Source: an uncultured cyanobacterium
GTDB lineage: Bacteria > Cyanobacteriota > Cyanobacteriia > PCC-6307 > Cyanobiaceae
Length of the DNA stretch: 64,000 bases
Assembly (NCBI GenBank): GCA_963697335.1
Contig: CAVONQ010000007.1
Location: 96,001 to 160,000, forward strand
Direction of reading: 5' to 3'
In this document: piece after piece, positions 1-9,937 of the stretch
Numbering within the stretch: the stretch's first letter is position 1
Layout: every line of letters begins with the position of its first letter
Translations under genes and position numbers: made by a program
The notes under the pieces: generated by a model
What the model was told of the DNA's origin: nothing
What the model saw: only the letters and a program-made list of their open reading frames with translations
Databases searched by the model: none

Positions 1-2279
1 TTCCCACGCCCTCGGCACGCCAGCGACTGGGCAGCCCCGTGAGCCAGGGCCTGCAGCTCCCCGCCACCTACGCCCTCGGCGCCCAGGGCAAGGCCTTGCG
101 CTTCGTGATGAAGCCGGCCATGACCGGTGCCCAGAAGGCCGAGGTGATCCGGGCGGCCTACCGCCAGGTGTTCGAGCGCGACATCGCCAAGGGCTACGGC
201 CAGGAGGTGTGCTCCGTAGAGGCCACCCAGACGCGCCAGGGCCAGCTCTCGATGCGCGAGTTCATCCGCGCCCTCGGCCGCAGCCGCGACTACCAGAAGC
301 AGTTCTACGGCCGCTTTTCCAACAGCCGGGCCGTGGAGCTGGCTTTCCGCCACTTCCTTGGCAGGGGCCTGAGCTCGAGAGAAGAGTTCACCGCCTATTT
401 CGACATCGTCAGCGCCCAGGGCCTTCCCGGTCTGGTCGACTGCCTGGTGAACTCGATGGAGTACGCCAGGGTCTTTGGTGAGGAGACCGTTCCCTACCTG
501 CGTGACCTCGGCGAGGAAGCCCAGGAAAGCGCCGGCTGGGGTTCGAACCGCAAGCTCTTCCGCTTCAGCGCGCCCTTTGAGGGAGCGCCCCAGTACGTCA
601 CCCTCTACGCCTCCTACCGCCAGCCCTATCCCGATCAGCACCCCTACGGTGGCAGCAACGATCCGCTGGGCCTCACCTACGGCGCCATCTTCCCTTCCAG
701 CACCGCCAAGGTGGCCACCCGTCCCGCCCCGTTTGGCTACGACAGTCGTCGCATCCTGATCGGCAATGGGCTGAACCAGCCCGGCCAGATGGACAGCCGC
801 CAGTTCCGCAAGGCAGTTCCCCGGCGGGTCGGCCCCAAGGTGGTGCGACTGCAGCAGATCGCCACTGGTGGCAACTCCGTGCCCCGCCGCGGCGGCCAGC
901 CCAGTATTCGCGGCACCGAAGCCAGCACCCAGGCCGTGATCAATGCGGTGTACGTGCAGGTGCTCGGCAACGCCGGCTATGCCGGCGAGCGCAACAAGGT
1001 GGAAGAGATCAAGCTGGAGAACGGCGACATCAGCCTGAGGGAGTTTGTGCGGCAGGTGGCCCGCTCCAACGCCTTCCGCCGGCGCTACTGGAGCGGCCTC
1101 TACATCACCAAGGCCATTGAGGTGATGCACCGCCGGCTGCTGGGCCGCCCCAGCTTCGGCCGCTGGGAAATCGATGCCTACTTCGACACGGCAGCCCGCC
1201 AGGGTTTCTACGGCGTCGTCGACGCCATGCTGAACAGCCGGGAATACAACGACTGCTTCGGCGAGGACACGGTTCCCTTTGAGCGGTTCGTCACACCGGC
1301 CGATCGCACCGCCCGCAAGGTACCTGGCCTGAACCGGCCCTTCAACGCTGCCGCGTACCCGGACCTCACTCCCACCAAGCGCCCTGAGGTGGCTCCGCCC
1401 CTGGCCGTCCGCACCGTGGGCGACATCACCCCGCGCAACCTGCCGCAGCGCAGCGACGTCATCCGCGGCGGCTGGAGCGCCAAGATTGTCGGCGGCGAGG
1501 TCAACCGTCCAGTCGGCCCCCAGTCGGCCAGCGCCAGTGTCCGCCAGCAGCCTGCGCCGCAACGCACCTGGCGTGCTCCCGGCGTCAATGCCCTCTGGAG
1601 CACCCCCGGTGGCCAGGGATTGGCGAGCCCCTCTGCAGCCCCGGCTCCGGTCGCCGGTGTCTGGAGCAAGGCCGTTGGTGGCAACCTGGCGGCTGCGCCG
1701 GCCCTGCAGCCTGGAGAGGCGATGCAACGGGCCCTGCGTCCCGGCCAGCCCCAGGGGTTTCGCCGACGTCAGGGGCTCGGACGTCCTGTTCGCGTCGGCC
1801 GCACCGCCAGCGAGGCCCAGGTTCAGGAAGCTGTCACCAGCACCTACCGCCAACTGCTCAACCGCATTCCCCTGGCCTTCGAGCGCCTCAAGGATGCCGA
1901 GTCCCAGTTTCGCAACGTCCAGCTGACGACTGCCGAATTCGTGGCTCAGGTGGCCACCGGTGAGTTGTTCCAGCAGCGGCTCAACCGCATGGCACCGCTG
2001 CGGGCTGCTTCAGCGGCCTACCTGGCGCTGCTGGGACGGGCAGCCCAGCCCCAGGAAGTGAGCCGTTATCTCGCCACGAGGGCCGCCTCCGGTCAGGTCG
2101 CGGCAGTCGAGGAGTTGCTGAACAGCCAGGACTACGCCCAGGCCTTCGGCCAGGACACCGTTCCCTATGTGCGAGGCCTGGCCACAGCGGATGGCATTCC
2201 CCTCAGCACCGTGAACCGGACGGCGGCTCTCTATGGTGGCAATGGAGGACTGAACCCAGGCCCCGGCGGAGCCATTTAG
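1..2279 (+). CDS. apcE: Phycobilisome core-membrane linker ApcE (5'-truncated by window; three REP domains visible)
   Basis: Frame is open from position 3. Linker REP motifs VIRAAYRQVFERD, VINAVYVQVLG and VTSTYRQLLNR, each ending FGE/QDTVP. Lies upstream of apcABC. Confidence 0.97.
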   Translation, partial: PTPSARQRLGSPVSQGLQLPATYALGAQGKALRFVMKPAMTGAQKAEVIRAAYRQVFERDIAKGYGQEVCSVEATQTRQGQLSMREFIRALGRSRDYQKQFYGRFSNSRAVELAFRHFLGRGLSSREEFTAYFDIVSAQGLPGLVDCLVNSMEYARVFGEETVPYLRDLGEEAQESAGWGSNRKLFRFSAPFEGAPQYVTLYASYRQPYPDQHPYGGSNDPLGLTYGAIFPSSTAKVATRPAPFGYDSRRILIGNGLNQPGQMDSRQFRKAVPRRVGPKVVRLQQIATGGNSVPRRGGQPSIRGTEASTQAVINAVYVQVLGNAGYAGERNKVEEIKLENGDISLREFVRQVARSNAFRRRYWSGLYITKAIEVMHRRLLGRPSFGRWEIDAYFDTAARQGFYGVVDAMLNSREYNDCFGEDTVPFERFVTPADRTARKVPGLNRPFNAAAYPDLTPTKRPEVAPPLAVRTVGDITPRNLPQRSDVIRGGWSAKIVGGEVNRPVGPQSASASVRQQPAPQRTWRAPGVNALWSTPGGQGLASPSAAPAPVAGVWSKAVGGNLAAAPALQPGEAMQRALRPGQPQGFRRRQGLGRPVRVGRTASEAQVQEAVTSTYRQLLNRIPLAFERLKDAESQFRNVQLTTAEFVAQVATGELFQQRLNRMAPLRAASAAYLALLGRAAQPQEVSRYLATRAASGQVAAVEELLNSQDYAQAFGQDTVPYVRGLATADGIPLSTVNRTAALYGGNGGLNPGPGGAI

Positions 2280-2614
2280 ATGGGGCCTCAGACGCTTCCT
2301 GTGCTGGGACACTGACTCAAGAGTGGCCAGGGGCCCGTCACCGCTCCTGGGGGAGATGCATCATTCACTCCAAAGCCATCACAGCGTCAGTTGGGAATCC
2401 AACCCTCGGCGACCTGAACACTGCCAATCAGATGGTTGCTGCAAGCCTCGCCGCCACAAAGTTGACCATGCACGCTCGATGAGGAGCTGAGGCATTAACG
2501 CCCAAGCGAGTAACATCTTCTGCTTCGGAGAATCTCAACGAGAGGTGATTGATCGCAGGGAAAATTACCTGTATATCATTCCTTTCCTGGAGCTGATCAA
2601 AGCCACAGTCACCC

Positions 2615-2648
2615 CCCTACGACGCCCCTGGCCAGGGGCGTCGTAGGG
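2615..2648. repeat. Perfect 34-bp palindrome; possible terminator or RNA-processing hairpin between apcE and apcA
   Basis: CCCTACGACGCCCCTGG|CCAGGGGCGTCGTAGGG with no spacer, followed by TTTGTT. Confidence 0.85.
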
Positions 2649-2855
2649 TTTGTTCACTATTGGAAACATCCACCAAACCCCCTGCGCCCCAGTGCTTTTC
2701 CTTCCGAGCCAGGCCATGAAGAACTGTTACCGGAGCAGGAGCCATGGCGAGGCCTTGGCGCAGAATGATTCGGCGATCGGCGCGAGTCGATCACTCCCTT
2801 ACCCACCGGATACCGGTCTCCGTCAAGGCGGCCGCTTGTTTCGAGGCAGAACTGC

Positions 2856-3341
2856 ATGAGCATCGTCTCCAACTCGATCATCAACGCGGACGCCGAAGCC
2901 CGCTATCTCAGCCCTGGCGAACTCGACCAGATCAAATCCTTCGTGACCGCAGGCCAGCGCCGTGTGCGCGTGGCCCAGGTCCTGAGCGAGAGCCGCGAAC
3001 GCATCGTCAAAACCGCCGGAGGTGCGCTGTTCCAGCGGCGTCCCGACGTCATCTCCCCTGGTGGCAACGCCTATGGCGAGGAGATGACCGCGTCTTGCCT
3101 GCGGGACATGGACTACTACCTGCGCCTGGTCACCTACGGCGTTGTGGCCGGTGATGTGACACCCATTGAGGAAATCGGGATCATCGGTGCCAAGGAGATG
3201 TATCGGTCCCTGGGCACGCCTCTCGATGCAATGGCAGAGGCTGTCCGCGAGATGAAGAACGTGGCCACCGGCATGCTCACGGGTGGTGACGCCGAAGAAG
3301 CTGGTTTCTACTTCGACTACGTCATCGGCGCCCTCTCCTGA
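2856..3341 (+). CDS. apcA: Allophycocyanin alpha subunit
   Basis: [27 protein letters not shown]; chromophore Cys in TASCLRD; 161 aa. Confidence 0.99.
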   Translation: MSIVSNSIINADAEARYLSPGELDQIKSFVTAGQRRVRVAQVLSESRERIVKTAGGALFQRRPDVISPGGNAYGEEMTASCLRDMDYYLRLVTYGVVAGDVTPIEEIGIIGAKEMYRSLGTPLDAMAEAVREMKNVATGMLTGGDAEEAGFYFDYVIGALS

Positions 3342-3383
3342 GGCTGCTCTTTCCCTTTTTCTCCTACGCCTTCAGCAGGATTC

Positions 3384-3872
3384 ATGCAAGACGCCATCAC
3401 CAACGTCATTAATCAGGCCGACGTTCAAGGCCTGTATCTCGACGGCTCCGCCATGGGACGTCTGGAGCAGTACTTCGCCAGCGGTGAGCTGCGCGTCCGT
3501 GCCGCCGCCACGATCAGTGCCAATGCTTCCGGCATCATCAAAGAGGCTGTAGCCAAGTCACTGTTGTATTCGGACATCACCCGTCCGGGCGGCAACATGT
3601 ACACCTGCCGTCGTTATGCGGCCTGCATTCGCGACCTCGACTACTACCTGCGCTACGCCACCTACGCCATGCTGGCGGGTGACACCTCCATTCTGGATGA
3701 GCGGGTTCTGAACGGCCTCAAGGAAACCTACAACTCCCTTGGGGTGCCCATCGGCGCCACGGTGCAGTCGATTCAGGCCATGAAGGAAGTCACCGCCTCC
3801 CTCGTGGGTCCCGATGCAGGCCGTGAAATGGCCGTTTACTTCGACTACATCTGCTCGGGTCTGGGCAACTGA
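3384..3872 (+). CDS. apcB: Allophycocyanin beta subunit
   Basis: [36 protein letters not shown]. Confidence 0.99.
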   Translation: MQDAITNVINQADVQGLYLDGSAMGRLEQYFASGELRVRAAATISANASGIIKEAVAKSLLYSDITRPGGNMYTCRRYAACIRDLDYYLRYATYAMLAGDTSILDERVLNGLKETYNSLGVPIGATVQSIQAMKEVTASLVGPDAGREMAVYFDYICSGLGN

Positions 3873-3906
3873 TCCAGAGTTTCCGTCTATCCCTGCGGAT
3901 CACTCC

Positions 3907-4107
3907 ATGCGCCTGTTCAAAATCACTGCCTGCATCCCTTGTCCTGAGAAGTCGCGCACCCAACGCGAACTTCAAAACACCTACTTCACCAAGTGGGTGC
4001 CCTATGAGAGCTGGTTTGCTGAGCAGCAGCGAATCATGAAGCAAGGAGGCAAGATTCTCAAGGTTGAATTGGCCACCGGCCGCCGCCAAGTGAATGTTGG
4101 CAATTGA
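3907..4107 (+). CDS. apcC: Phycobilisome small core linker Lc7.8
   Basis: ATG at 3907; MRLFKITACIP...RTQRELQNTYFTKWVPYESWFAEQQRIMKQGGKI; 66 aa. Confidence 0.97.
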   Translation: MRLFKITACIPCPEKSRTQRELQNTYFTKWVPYESWFAEQQRIMKQGGKILKVELATGRRQVNVGN

Positions 4108-4156
4108 GTGAATCTTCGCTCATTCGTTCTGCTCAGCGTGACTGAACTTCTAACCG

Positions 4157-4181
4157 GCCCGGCTCTGTGCTGGGCTTTTTT
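4157..4181 (+). terminator. Intrinsic terminator of apcABC
   Basis: GCCCGGC-TCTGT-GCTGGGC stem-loop followed by TTTTTT. Confidence 0.85.
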
Positions 4182-4309
4182 CATGGCACATCCCTGCAGC
4201 GAACCATGACAGGACAGCTGCATGGGCGGCCTCAAGACTCGACAAGCAGGGGTGAGACACGTCTCAATAGGAGTCCTTCCTGGCCCTGCCAGGCACCGTT
4301 GTCCACCCC

Positions 4310-5530
4310 GTGACCTCCACTGCTGCGACCACAGCCGCACGGCCACGACGGCCGGGCCGCCGGCCCCACACCGTCAAACCTGACCGGACCCTTCCGCCTT
4401 GGCCATGGGCTGAGTGGCCTGCGGAAGCCCGGCTACTCTTGGCCCTGGCGGCCCTGTGGAGCCTGATGGGCTTGCTGGTGCTCGCCTCCGCAAGCTGGTG
4501 GGTGGCCGAGCGGGAGATGGGCGATGGCGCCTTCTATCTCAAGCGCCAACTGATCTGGATGGTGGCCAGCTGGGGACTGCTCTGGATGGCCGTGCGCACA
4601 AGCCTGCGGCGCTGGCTGCACCTGGCTCCCCTCGCCCTATTGATCGGCACCCTGCTGGTGGCTGCCACCCTGGTGATGGGCAGCACCGTGAATGGCGCCA
4701 GTCGCTGGTTGGTGCTAGGCCCCATCCAGATCCAGCCCTCCGAGCTGGTGAAGCCCTTCGTGGTGCTGCAGGGGGCCGCCCTGTTCGCCCACTGGCGCCG
4801 CATCAGTCTCGATCAGAAGCTCCTGTGGCTGGGCGTGTTCGGCACCCTGATCCTGCTGGTGCTCAAACAACCCAACCTCAGCACCGCCGCCCTCACCGGA
4901 CTCCTGCTCTGGCTGATGGCCCTGGCCGGAGGGGTGGGACTGCCCCTGCTGCTAGGGGCCGCCACCGCGGGGGGGCTGCTGGGCTCGGCCAGCATCCTGA
5001 TCAACGACTACCAACGACTGCGGGTGATCTCGTTCCTGGACCCCTGGCGGGACGCCCAGGGAGACGGCTACCAGCTTGTGCAGAGCCTGCTGGCCATCGG
5101 CTCCGGGGGGCTGCTCGGCGAGGGCTTCGGCCTCTCGACCCAGAAGCTCCAATACCTGCCGATCCAGACCACCGACTTCATCTTTGCCGTCTACGCCGAG
5201 GAGTTCGGCTACGTGGGCTCGGTGGCACTGCTGCTGTTCCTGCTCCTGTTCGGCTTTGTAGGGGTGCGGGTGGCGCTCAGTTGCCGCAGCAACCAACAGC
5301 GACTCGTGGCCATGGGCGCCACCACCCTGCTGGTGGGCCAGTCGATTCTCAACATTGCCGTGGCCAGCGGGGCCATGCCCACCACGGGGCTGCCGCTGCC
5401 CCTGATCAGCTACGGAGGGAATTCCCTACTGGCCAGCCTGCTGATCTGCGGCCTGCTGATTCGCTGTTCGCTGGAATCAGGGGGCCTCACCGCTGAACCG
5501 CGACGGCGTCGCCCCCAGCCGGCCCGATAG
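4310..5530 (+). CDS. ftsW: SEDS-family peptidoglycan glycosyltransferase FtsW
   Basis: NGASRW, IQPSELVK, QPNLST, GYQLVQS, LQYLP, TGLPLPLISYGG motifs; multi-TM. Start uncertain. Confidence 0.93.
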   Translation: MTSTAATTAARPRRPGRRPHTVKPDRTLPPWPWAEWPAEARLLLALAALWSLMGLLVLASASWWVAEREMGDGAFYLKRQLIWMVASWGLLWMAVRTSLRRWLHLAPLALLIGTLLVAATLVMGSTVNGASRWLVLGPIQIQPSELVKPFVVLQGAALFAHWRRISLDQKLLWLGVFGTLILLVLKQPNLSTAALTGLLLWLMALAGGVGLPLLLGAATAGGLLGSASILINDYQRLRVISFLDPWRDAQGDGYQLVQSLLAIGSGGLLGEGFGLSTQKLQYLPIQTTDFIFAVYAEEFGYVGSVALLLFLLLFGFVGVRVALSCRSNQQRLVAMGATTLLVGQSILNIAVASGAMPTTGLPLPLISYGGNSLLASLLICGLLIRCSLESGGLTAEPRRRRPQPAR

Positions 5531-5539
5531 GCTGGAGGC

Positions 5540-6268
5540 ATGATCGAAGCTGGCTCAGCACTGGCCGATTGGGCACGCAACAGTGAGCTGCTGCTCCAGA
5601 ACTCCCTCCAACATCCCGGGCCCGCCACCTTGCTTGTGGTGTTCGGGGGCGGGGTGTTGACCAGCCTTGGCCCATGCTCCCTCTCCCTGCTGCCCGTGAC
5701 CCTCGCCTACCTGGCCGGGTTCAGCGCCCAGAGTGAAGGCAGCCGACCCTGGTTGCGCAGTGCCAGCTTCGCCGCCGGGATCGTTGCCGCGCTGGTGCTG
5801 CTGGGCCTGGCCAGTGGGCTGCTCGGCAGGATCTATGGCCAGATTCCCGGCCTGATTCCCACCATCGTGGCCCTGATCGCCCTGGCCATGGGCCTCAACC
5901 TGCTGGGTTGGCTGCCGTTGCAGCTTCCTGCAGGCCCGGATCCAGAACGCTGGCGCCAGCATGTTCCCGCCCCTCTGGCTCCCATGGCCGCGGGCCTGGC
6001 CTTTGGCCTGGCGGCCACGCCCTGCACCACGCCCGTGCTGGCGGTGCTGCTGGCCTGGATGGCCCAGGTGGGTAAGCCCCTGGTGGGCATGCTGTTGCTC
6101 ACCAGCTTCGGGGCTGGCCAGGTGGTGCCCCTGCTGCTGGCCGGCACCGTGGCCGCCAGCCTGCAGGGCCTGCTCAGCCTGCGGCGCCTGGGTCAGTGGG
6201 TGCCACCCCTGAGCGGCGCCGTGCTGCTGGCGACCGGACTGGTGATGCTGGTCGCCAACTGGACCTGA
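5540..6268 (+). CDS. ccdA: Cytochrome c biogenesis protein CcdA
   Basis: [12 protein letters not shown] and ATPCTTPVL Cys motifs; hydrophobic. Confidence 0.95.
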   Translation: MIEAGSALADWARNSELLLQNSLQHPGPATLLVVFGGGVLTSLGPCSLSLLPVTLAYLAGFSAQSEGSRPWLRSASFAAGIVAALVLLGLASGLLGRIYGQIPGLIPTIVALIALAMGLNLLGWLPLQLPAGPDPERWRQHVPAPLAPMAAGLAFGLAATPCTTPVLAVLLAWMAQVGKPLVGMLLLTSFGAGQVVPLLLAGTVAASLQGLLSLRRLGQWVPPLSGAVLLATGLVMLVANWT

Positions 6269-6272
6269 CCCC

Positions 6273-7565
6273 ATGAGTGCCCTGCAACGCCTGGCTGGCT
6301 GGATTGCCGATCTGCGTCTGGCCATCGGTCTCCTGATCGTGATCGCCATCGCCAGCGGTGTCGGCACCGCCATTCCCCAGAAAGAGCCGGAAGGCCTCTA
6401 CCACCAGCTCTACGACCCCCAGCCTTGGCTGGGGGTGCTCAATGCCGACAGGGTGCTCGCCCTGGAACTCGACCATGTGTATTCCAGCCACTGGTTCCTG
6501 GCGCTGCTGGCCTGGTTGGCCCTCTCGCTTCTGCTGTGCAGCTGGCGGCGCCAGTGGCCCGCTCTGCGGGCCTCGCTGCGCTGGATCGATTACCGCAGCC
6601 CGCGCCAGCTGAGCAAGCTGAACGTGGCCGAAACGCGGGCGTGCGACGACGCCGGCGCCGATCTGCAACGCCTGGAGGAACGGCTGCGGGCCGAGGGCTG
6701 GCAGGTGCAGCGCAAGCCCGATCGCCTCGCCGCCAGGCGAGGAGTGCTGGGGCGGGTGGGGCCGCTGTTGGTGCATGCCGGCATGGTGGTGCTGATGCTG
6801 GGGGCCGCCTGGGGAGCCCTCGGGGGCCAGCGGGCTGAGCAATTCCTGGCACCTGGGCGAAGCCTGGAGCTGGTCGACAGCCGCGGCCACAGCACCCTCA
6901 CCCTCGCCCTCGACAGCTTTGCCGTGGAGCGCGATCCCGCCGGGCGACCGGAACAGTTCCGCTCCGACCTGCGGCTGCTGGAGGGGGACGGCGAAACCGG
7001 CACGCTGCTGAAGGCCTCCCAGATCAGCGTCAACCACCCCCTCCGCTTCCAGGGAGTCACGCTTTACCAGGCCGACTGGGGCCTGGCCGCCATCACCGTC
7101 CAGCTCGGGCGCAGCCCGCTGCTGCAGCTGCCCCTGCAGAGCTTCCCCGAGCTGGGAGAGCAGATCTGGGGTCTGGTGCTGCCCACCCGGCCCGATGGGT
7201 CGGATCCGGTGCTGCTCAGCCTCAGCAGCGAGCAGGGGCCGGTGGAGGTGTTCGGCGCCGATGGCTCCAGACTCGGCCAACTGGGGATCGGTGCCGCGCC
7301 CCTGGAGATCAATGGGCTGCCTGTACGGGTGGAGTCGGTGCTGCCGGCCAGCGGCATCCTGCTCAAGCGGGACCCAGGCGTCCCCCTGGTGTACTCGGGC
7401 TTTGCCATCGCCCTGGCCGGCGGCGGCCTGAGCCTGCTGGCCACCCGCCAGCTCTGGGCGATCGCCGAGGTCGGGCGATTGCACGTGGCCGGGCTGTGCA
7501 ACCGCAACCTCACCGCCTTTGCACGGGAACTGCCCGACTTGCTCACTCCGCCTCAGCAGGCCTGA
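6273..7565 (+). CDS. ccs1: Cytochrome c biogenesis protein Ccs1/CcsB (ResB family)
   Basis: [56 protein letters not shown]. Confidence 0.95.
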   Translation: MSALQRLAGWIADLRLAIGLLIVIAIASGVGTAIPQKEPEGLYHQLYDPQPWLGVLNADRVLALELDHVYSSHWFLALLAWLALSLLLCSWRRQWPALRASLRWIDYRSPRQLSKLNVAETRACDDAGADLQRLEERLRAEGWQVQRKPDRLAARRGVLGRVGPLLVHAGMVVLMLGAAWGALGGQRAEQFLAPGRSLELVDSRGHSTLTLALDSFAVERDPAGRPEQFRSDLRLLEGDGETGTLLKASQISVNHPLRFQGVTLYQADWGLAAITVQLGRSPLLQLPLQSFPELGEQIWGLVLPTRPDGSDPVLLSLSSEQGPVEVFGADGSRLGQLGIGAAPLEINGLPVRVESVLPASGILLKRDPGVPLVYSGFAIALAGGGLSLLATRQLWAIAEVGRLHVAGLCNRNLTAFARELPDLLTPPQQA

Positions 7566-7987
7566 CGGCCGCCGTGGCGGACCGTGACCAGCGTGTGGAC
7601 GTTGCCGCGCGGATTGAAATCGGCCTCCAGCTGCATCCATACCGGCTCGCAGGCCGCGACGAAGTCGTCCAGGATCCTGTTGGCCACCTCCTCATGGGAG
7701 ATGCTGCGATCGCGATAGCTGTTCACATACAGCTTGATGGCCTTCAGCTCCATGACCCTGGGACCGGGCTGGTAGAGCAGCCGCAGGGTGGCGAAATCGG
7801 GATAGCCCGAGAAAGGACAGAGGCAGGTGAATTCCGGCAGGGTGATGGCGATGTCGTAAGGGCGCCCCGGCCGCGGGTTGTCAAAGCAGATCAATCGGGA
7901 TTCCGCGATCGCCCGTTCGCCGTAGAGGGGCGTGTGGGTGTGCTCTGGGGCGGAGCTGGCGTTCGCCATGGGGGCGGCGGATGGCAT
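7553..7987 (-). CDS. queF: NADPH-dependent preQ0 reductase QueF
   Basis: [33 protein letters not shown]. Start at ATG 7987 or 7969. Confidence 0.95.
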   Translation of the reverse strand: MPSAAPMANASSAPEHTHTPLYGERAIAESRLICFDNPRPGRPYDIAITLPEFTCLCPFSGYPDFATLRLLYQPGPRVMELKAIKLYVNSYRDRSISHEEVANRILDDFVAACEPVWMQLEADFNPRGNVHTLVTVRHGGRQAC

Positions 7988-8095
7988 GGACACGGCAGGG
8001 AACACAGCGGCTAGCGGCCATGATGGCTGAAACCAGCTGGGGGCCTGGGCGCCGCTGCCGCCCAAAAGCGGGGATCCTGTCCAGGCGCTGGCCAA

Positions 8096-8137
8096 GTAGC
8101 ATCGGCTACGACAACACCCCCCTGGCTCAGGCGTAAT
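8096..8137 (+). promoter_or_regulatory. NtcA box and -10-like element upstream of glnB
   Basis: GTA-gcatcggc-TAC (8096-8109) matches GTA-N8-TAC; CGTAAT lies 22 nt downstream (8132-8137). Confidence 0.8.
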
Positions 8138-8178
8138 GGACCCCTCTCCGCCAAAAGCGGAGAACCCTGAGACCCTGA

Positions 8179-8538
<360 letters not shown>

Positions 8539-8557
8539 GCCAGCCGGCAGAGACCAC

Positions 8558-8578
8558 AAGGGGGCAGCTGCCCCCTTT
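8558..8578. terminator. Palindromic hairpin between convergent glnB and tlyA
   Basis: AAGGGGGCAG|CTGCCCCCTT, a perfect 20-bp palindrome with short A/T flanks. Confidence 0.65.
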
Positions 8579-8595
8579 GCACGACAACCACCCCC

Positions 8596-9462
8596 TCAGG
8601 GTGTGGCCAGGGTGAGCGCGACGCACGCTTTGATCGCTCTGATCCTGTCTTTGGGATCCTGTGGCAAGGCCCAGTCCGCCAGGGTCGGAACGCTCTCCAT
8701 TGGCACCGAACGCAGCCAGAGCAGGTATTCGTGGTTGCCGGCCGGGCCTGTGATCGGGGATGCCACCAGGCCTGGGGCCTGAAGACCCTGCTGTTCAGCG
8801 GCCCTCAGCACCGCCGTGATCGCCCCGACATGGGCCTCCGGACTGCGAACCACACCCCCCTTGCCCACCTGGCCCTTACCCACCTCGAACTGGGGTTTGA
8901 CCAGCAGGATCAGATCGCGCGGTGCAGTGGATGGGCCGTCTCCCAGCAGCGCCAGCAGAGCCGGCAGCACAAGGGCCAGGGAGATGAACGACACGTCGGC
9001 CACGGCCAGATCCGGTCTGGGGTCGGTGACGCCGAACAGCGCTTCAGGGGTCAGATGGCGCAGGTTGGTGCGCTCCTTGAGCACCACCCGCGGGTCACAG
9101 CGCAGGCGCCAGGCCGTCTGGCCGTAACCCACATCAATGCCGTACACCCGCGCAGCCCCGTGCTGCAACAAGCAGTCGGTGAAGCCGCCCGTCGAGATGC
9201 CGCCATCCAGACACACCCGACCCGTCACCGGGAGCGGGAAAGTCGCCAGGGCCAGCTCCAGCTTCTCGCCGCCGCGGGACACGTAGCGGGGCAGCTGCAG
9301 CACCTTCAACGGCAGCGCAGGTGCCACCTCAGTGCCGGGTTTATCGAGGATGCGCTCACCGCTGCGCACGCGGCCGGCGCGGATCAGCACCTGGGCCTGC
9401 TGGCGTGTCTCCACCAAGCCGCGGGCTACCAGTTCCAGATCCAGGCGCTGTTTCGAAGCCAC
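8596..9462 (-). CDS. tlyA: TlyA-family rRNA 2'-O-methyltransferase (S4 + FtsJ domains)
   Basis: KQRLD, YVSRGGEKL, DGGISTGGFTDCLLQ, DVSFISL, KPQFE, SPITGPAGNHEYL. GTG start at 9462 after AGGAG. Confidence 0.95.
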   Translation of the reverse strand: MASKQRLDLELVARGLVETRQQAQVLIRAGRVRSGERILDKPGTEVAPALPLKVLQLPRYVSRGGEKLELALATFPLPVTGRVCLDGGISTGGFTDCLLQHGAARVYGIDVGYGQTAWRLRCDPRVVLKERTNLRHLTPEALFGVTDPRPDLAVADVSFISLALVLPALLALLGDGPSTAPRDLILLVKPQFEVGKGQVGKGGVVRSPEAHVGAITAVLRAAEQQGLQAPGLVASPITGPAGNHEYLLWLRSVPMESVPTLADWALPQDPKDRIRAIKACVALTLATP

Positions 9463-9588
9463 GACTCCTGAGGCAGACAAGTGTTGCCGTTCCCTGATCA
9501 AACCACAAGGTCAACGGAACAGATTGCGTGAATGTCCACGGCGGCACCCGCAGCCGCCTGAAGATGGCTTCAGCCCCGAAGCGGCAGT

Positions 9589-9837
9589 ATGAAGTCCAGC
9601 GCAGCCAGCATTCCACCCACAGGCCATGTGGCCGACCTGGAGCGCCACCGTCAGTTGGCTGTGGGCAAAGAGGCCCTGACACCCGGCAGCTTTGTCACGC
9701 TCAGGAACCAGCCCCCCGACCTCCCCCCCTTCCAGCTGATCCACTGCCGTGATGGACGCTGCTGGGTGCGCCAACAGAGCTGGGGGGCGATGGTGCAGTG
9801 GGAGGTAGCCCACCGCCAGCTGAGGGCCCTGGCCTGA
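9589..9837 (+). CDS. Small hypothetical protein
   Basis: 82 aa ATG ORF filling the tlyA-purB gap. PGSFVTL..QP..LPPFQ..C..GRCWVRQQ.W resembles a small picocyanobacterial family (recollection, unverified). Confidence 0.65.
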   Translation: MKSSAASIPPTGHVADLERHRQLAVGKEALTPGSFVTLRNQPPDLPPFQLIHCRDGRCWVRQQSWGAMVQWEVAHRQLRALA

Positions 9838-9937
9838 TCCCCGTCGGCCCCGTGGTCGCCGGTGAAGCCACCACCCCTTCCAGAACCGCGTCCTTCCAGA
9901 CCCATACATTGGGTAGGCCGTTGCCACTCGCTGGGCC

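Noticed and set aside
2650..2735. Possible RpaB (HLR1) sites upstream of apcA
   Set aside because: Matches to the direct-repeat consensus are too degenerate to support.
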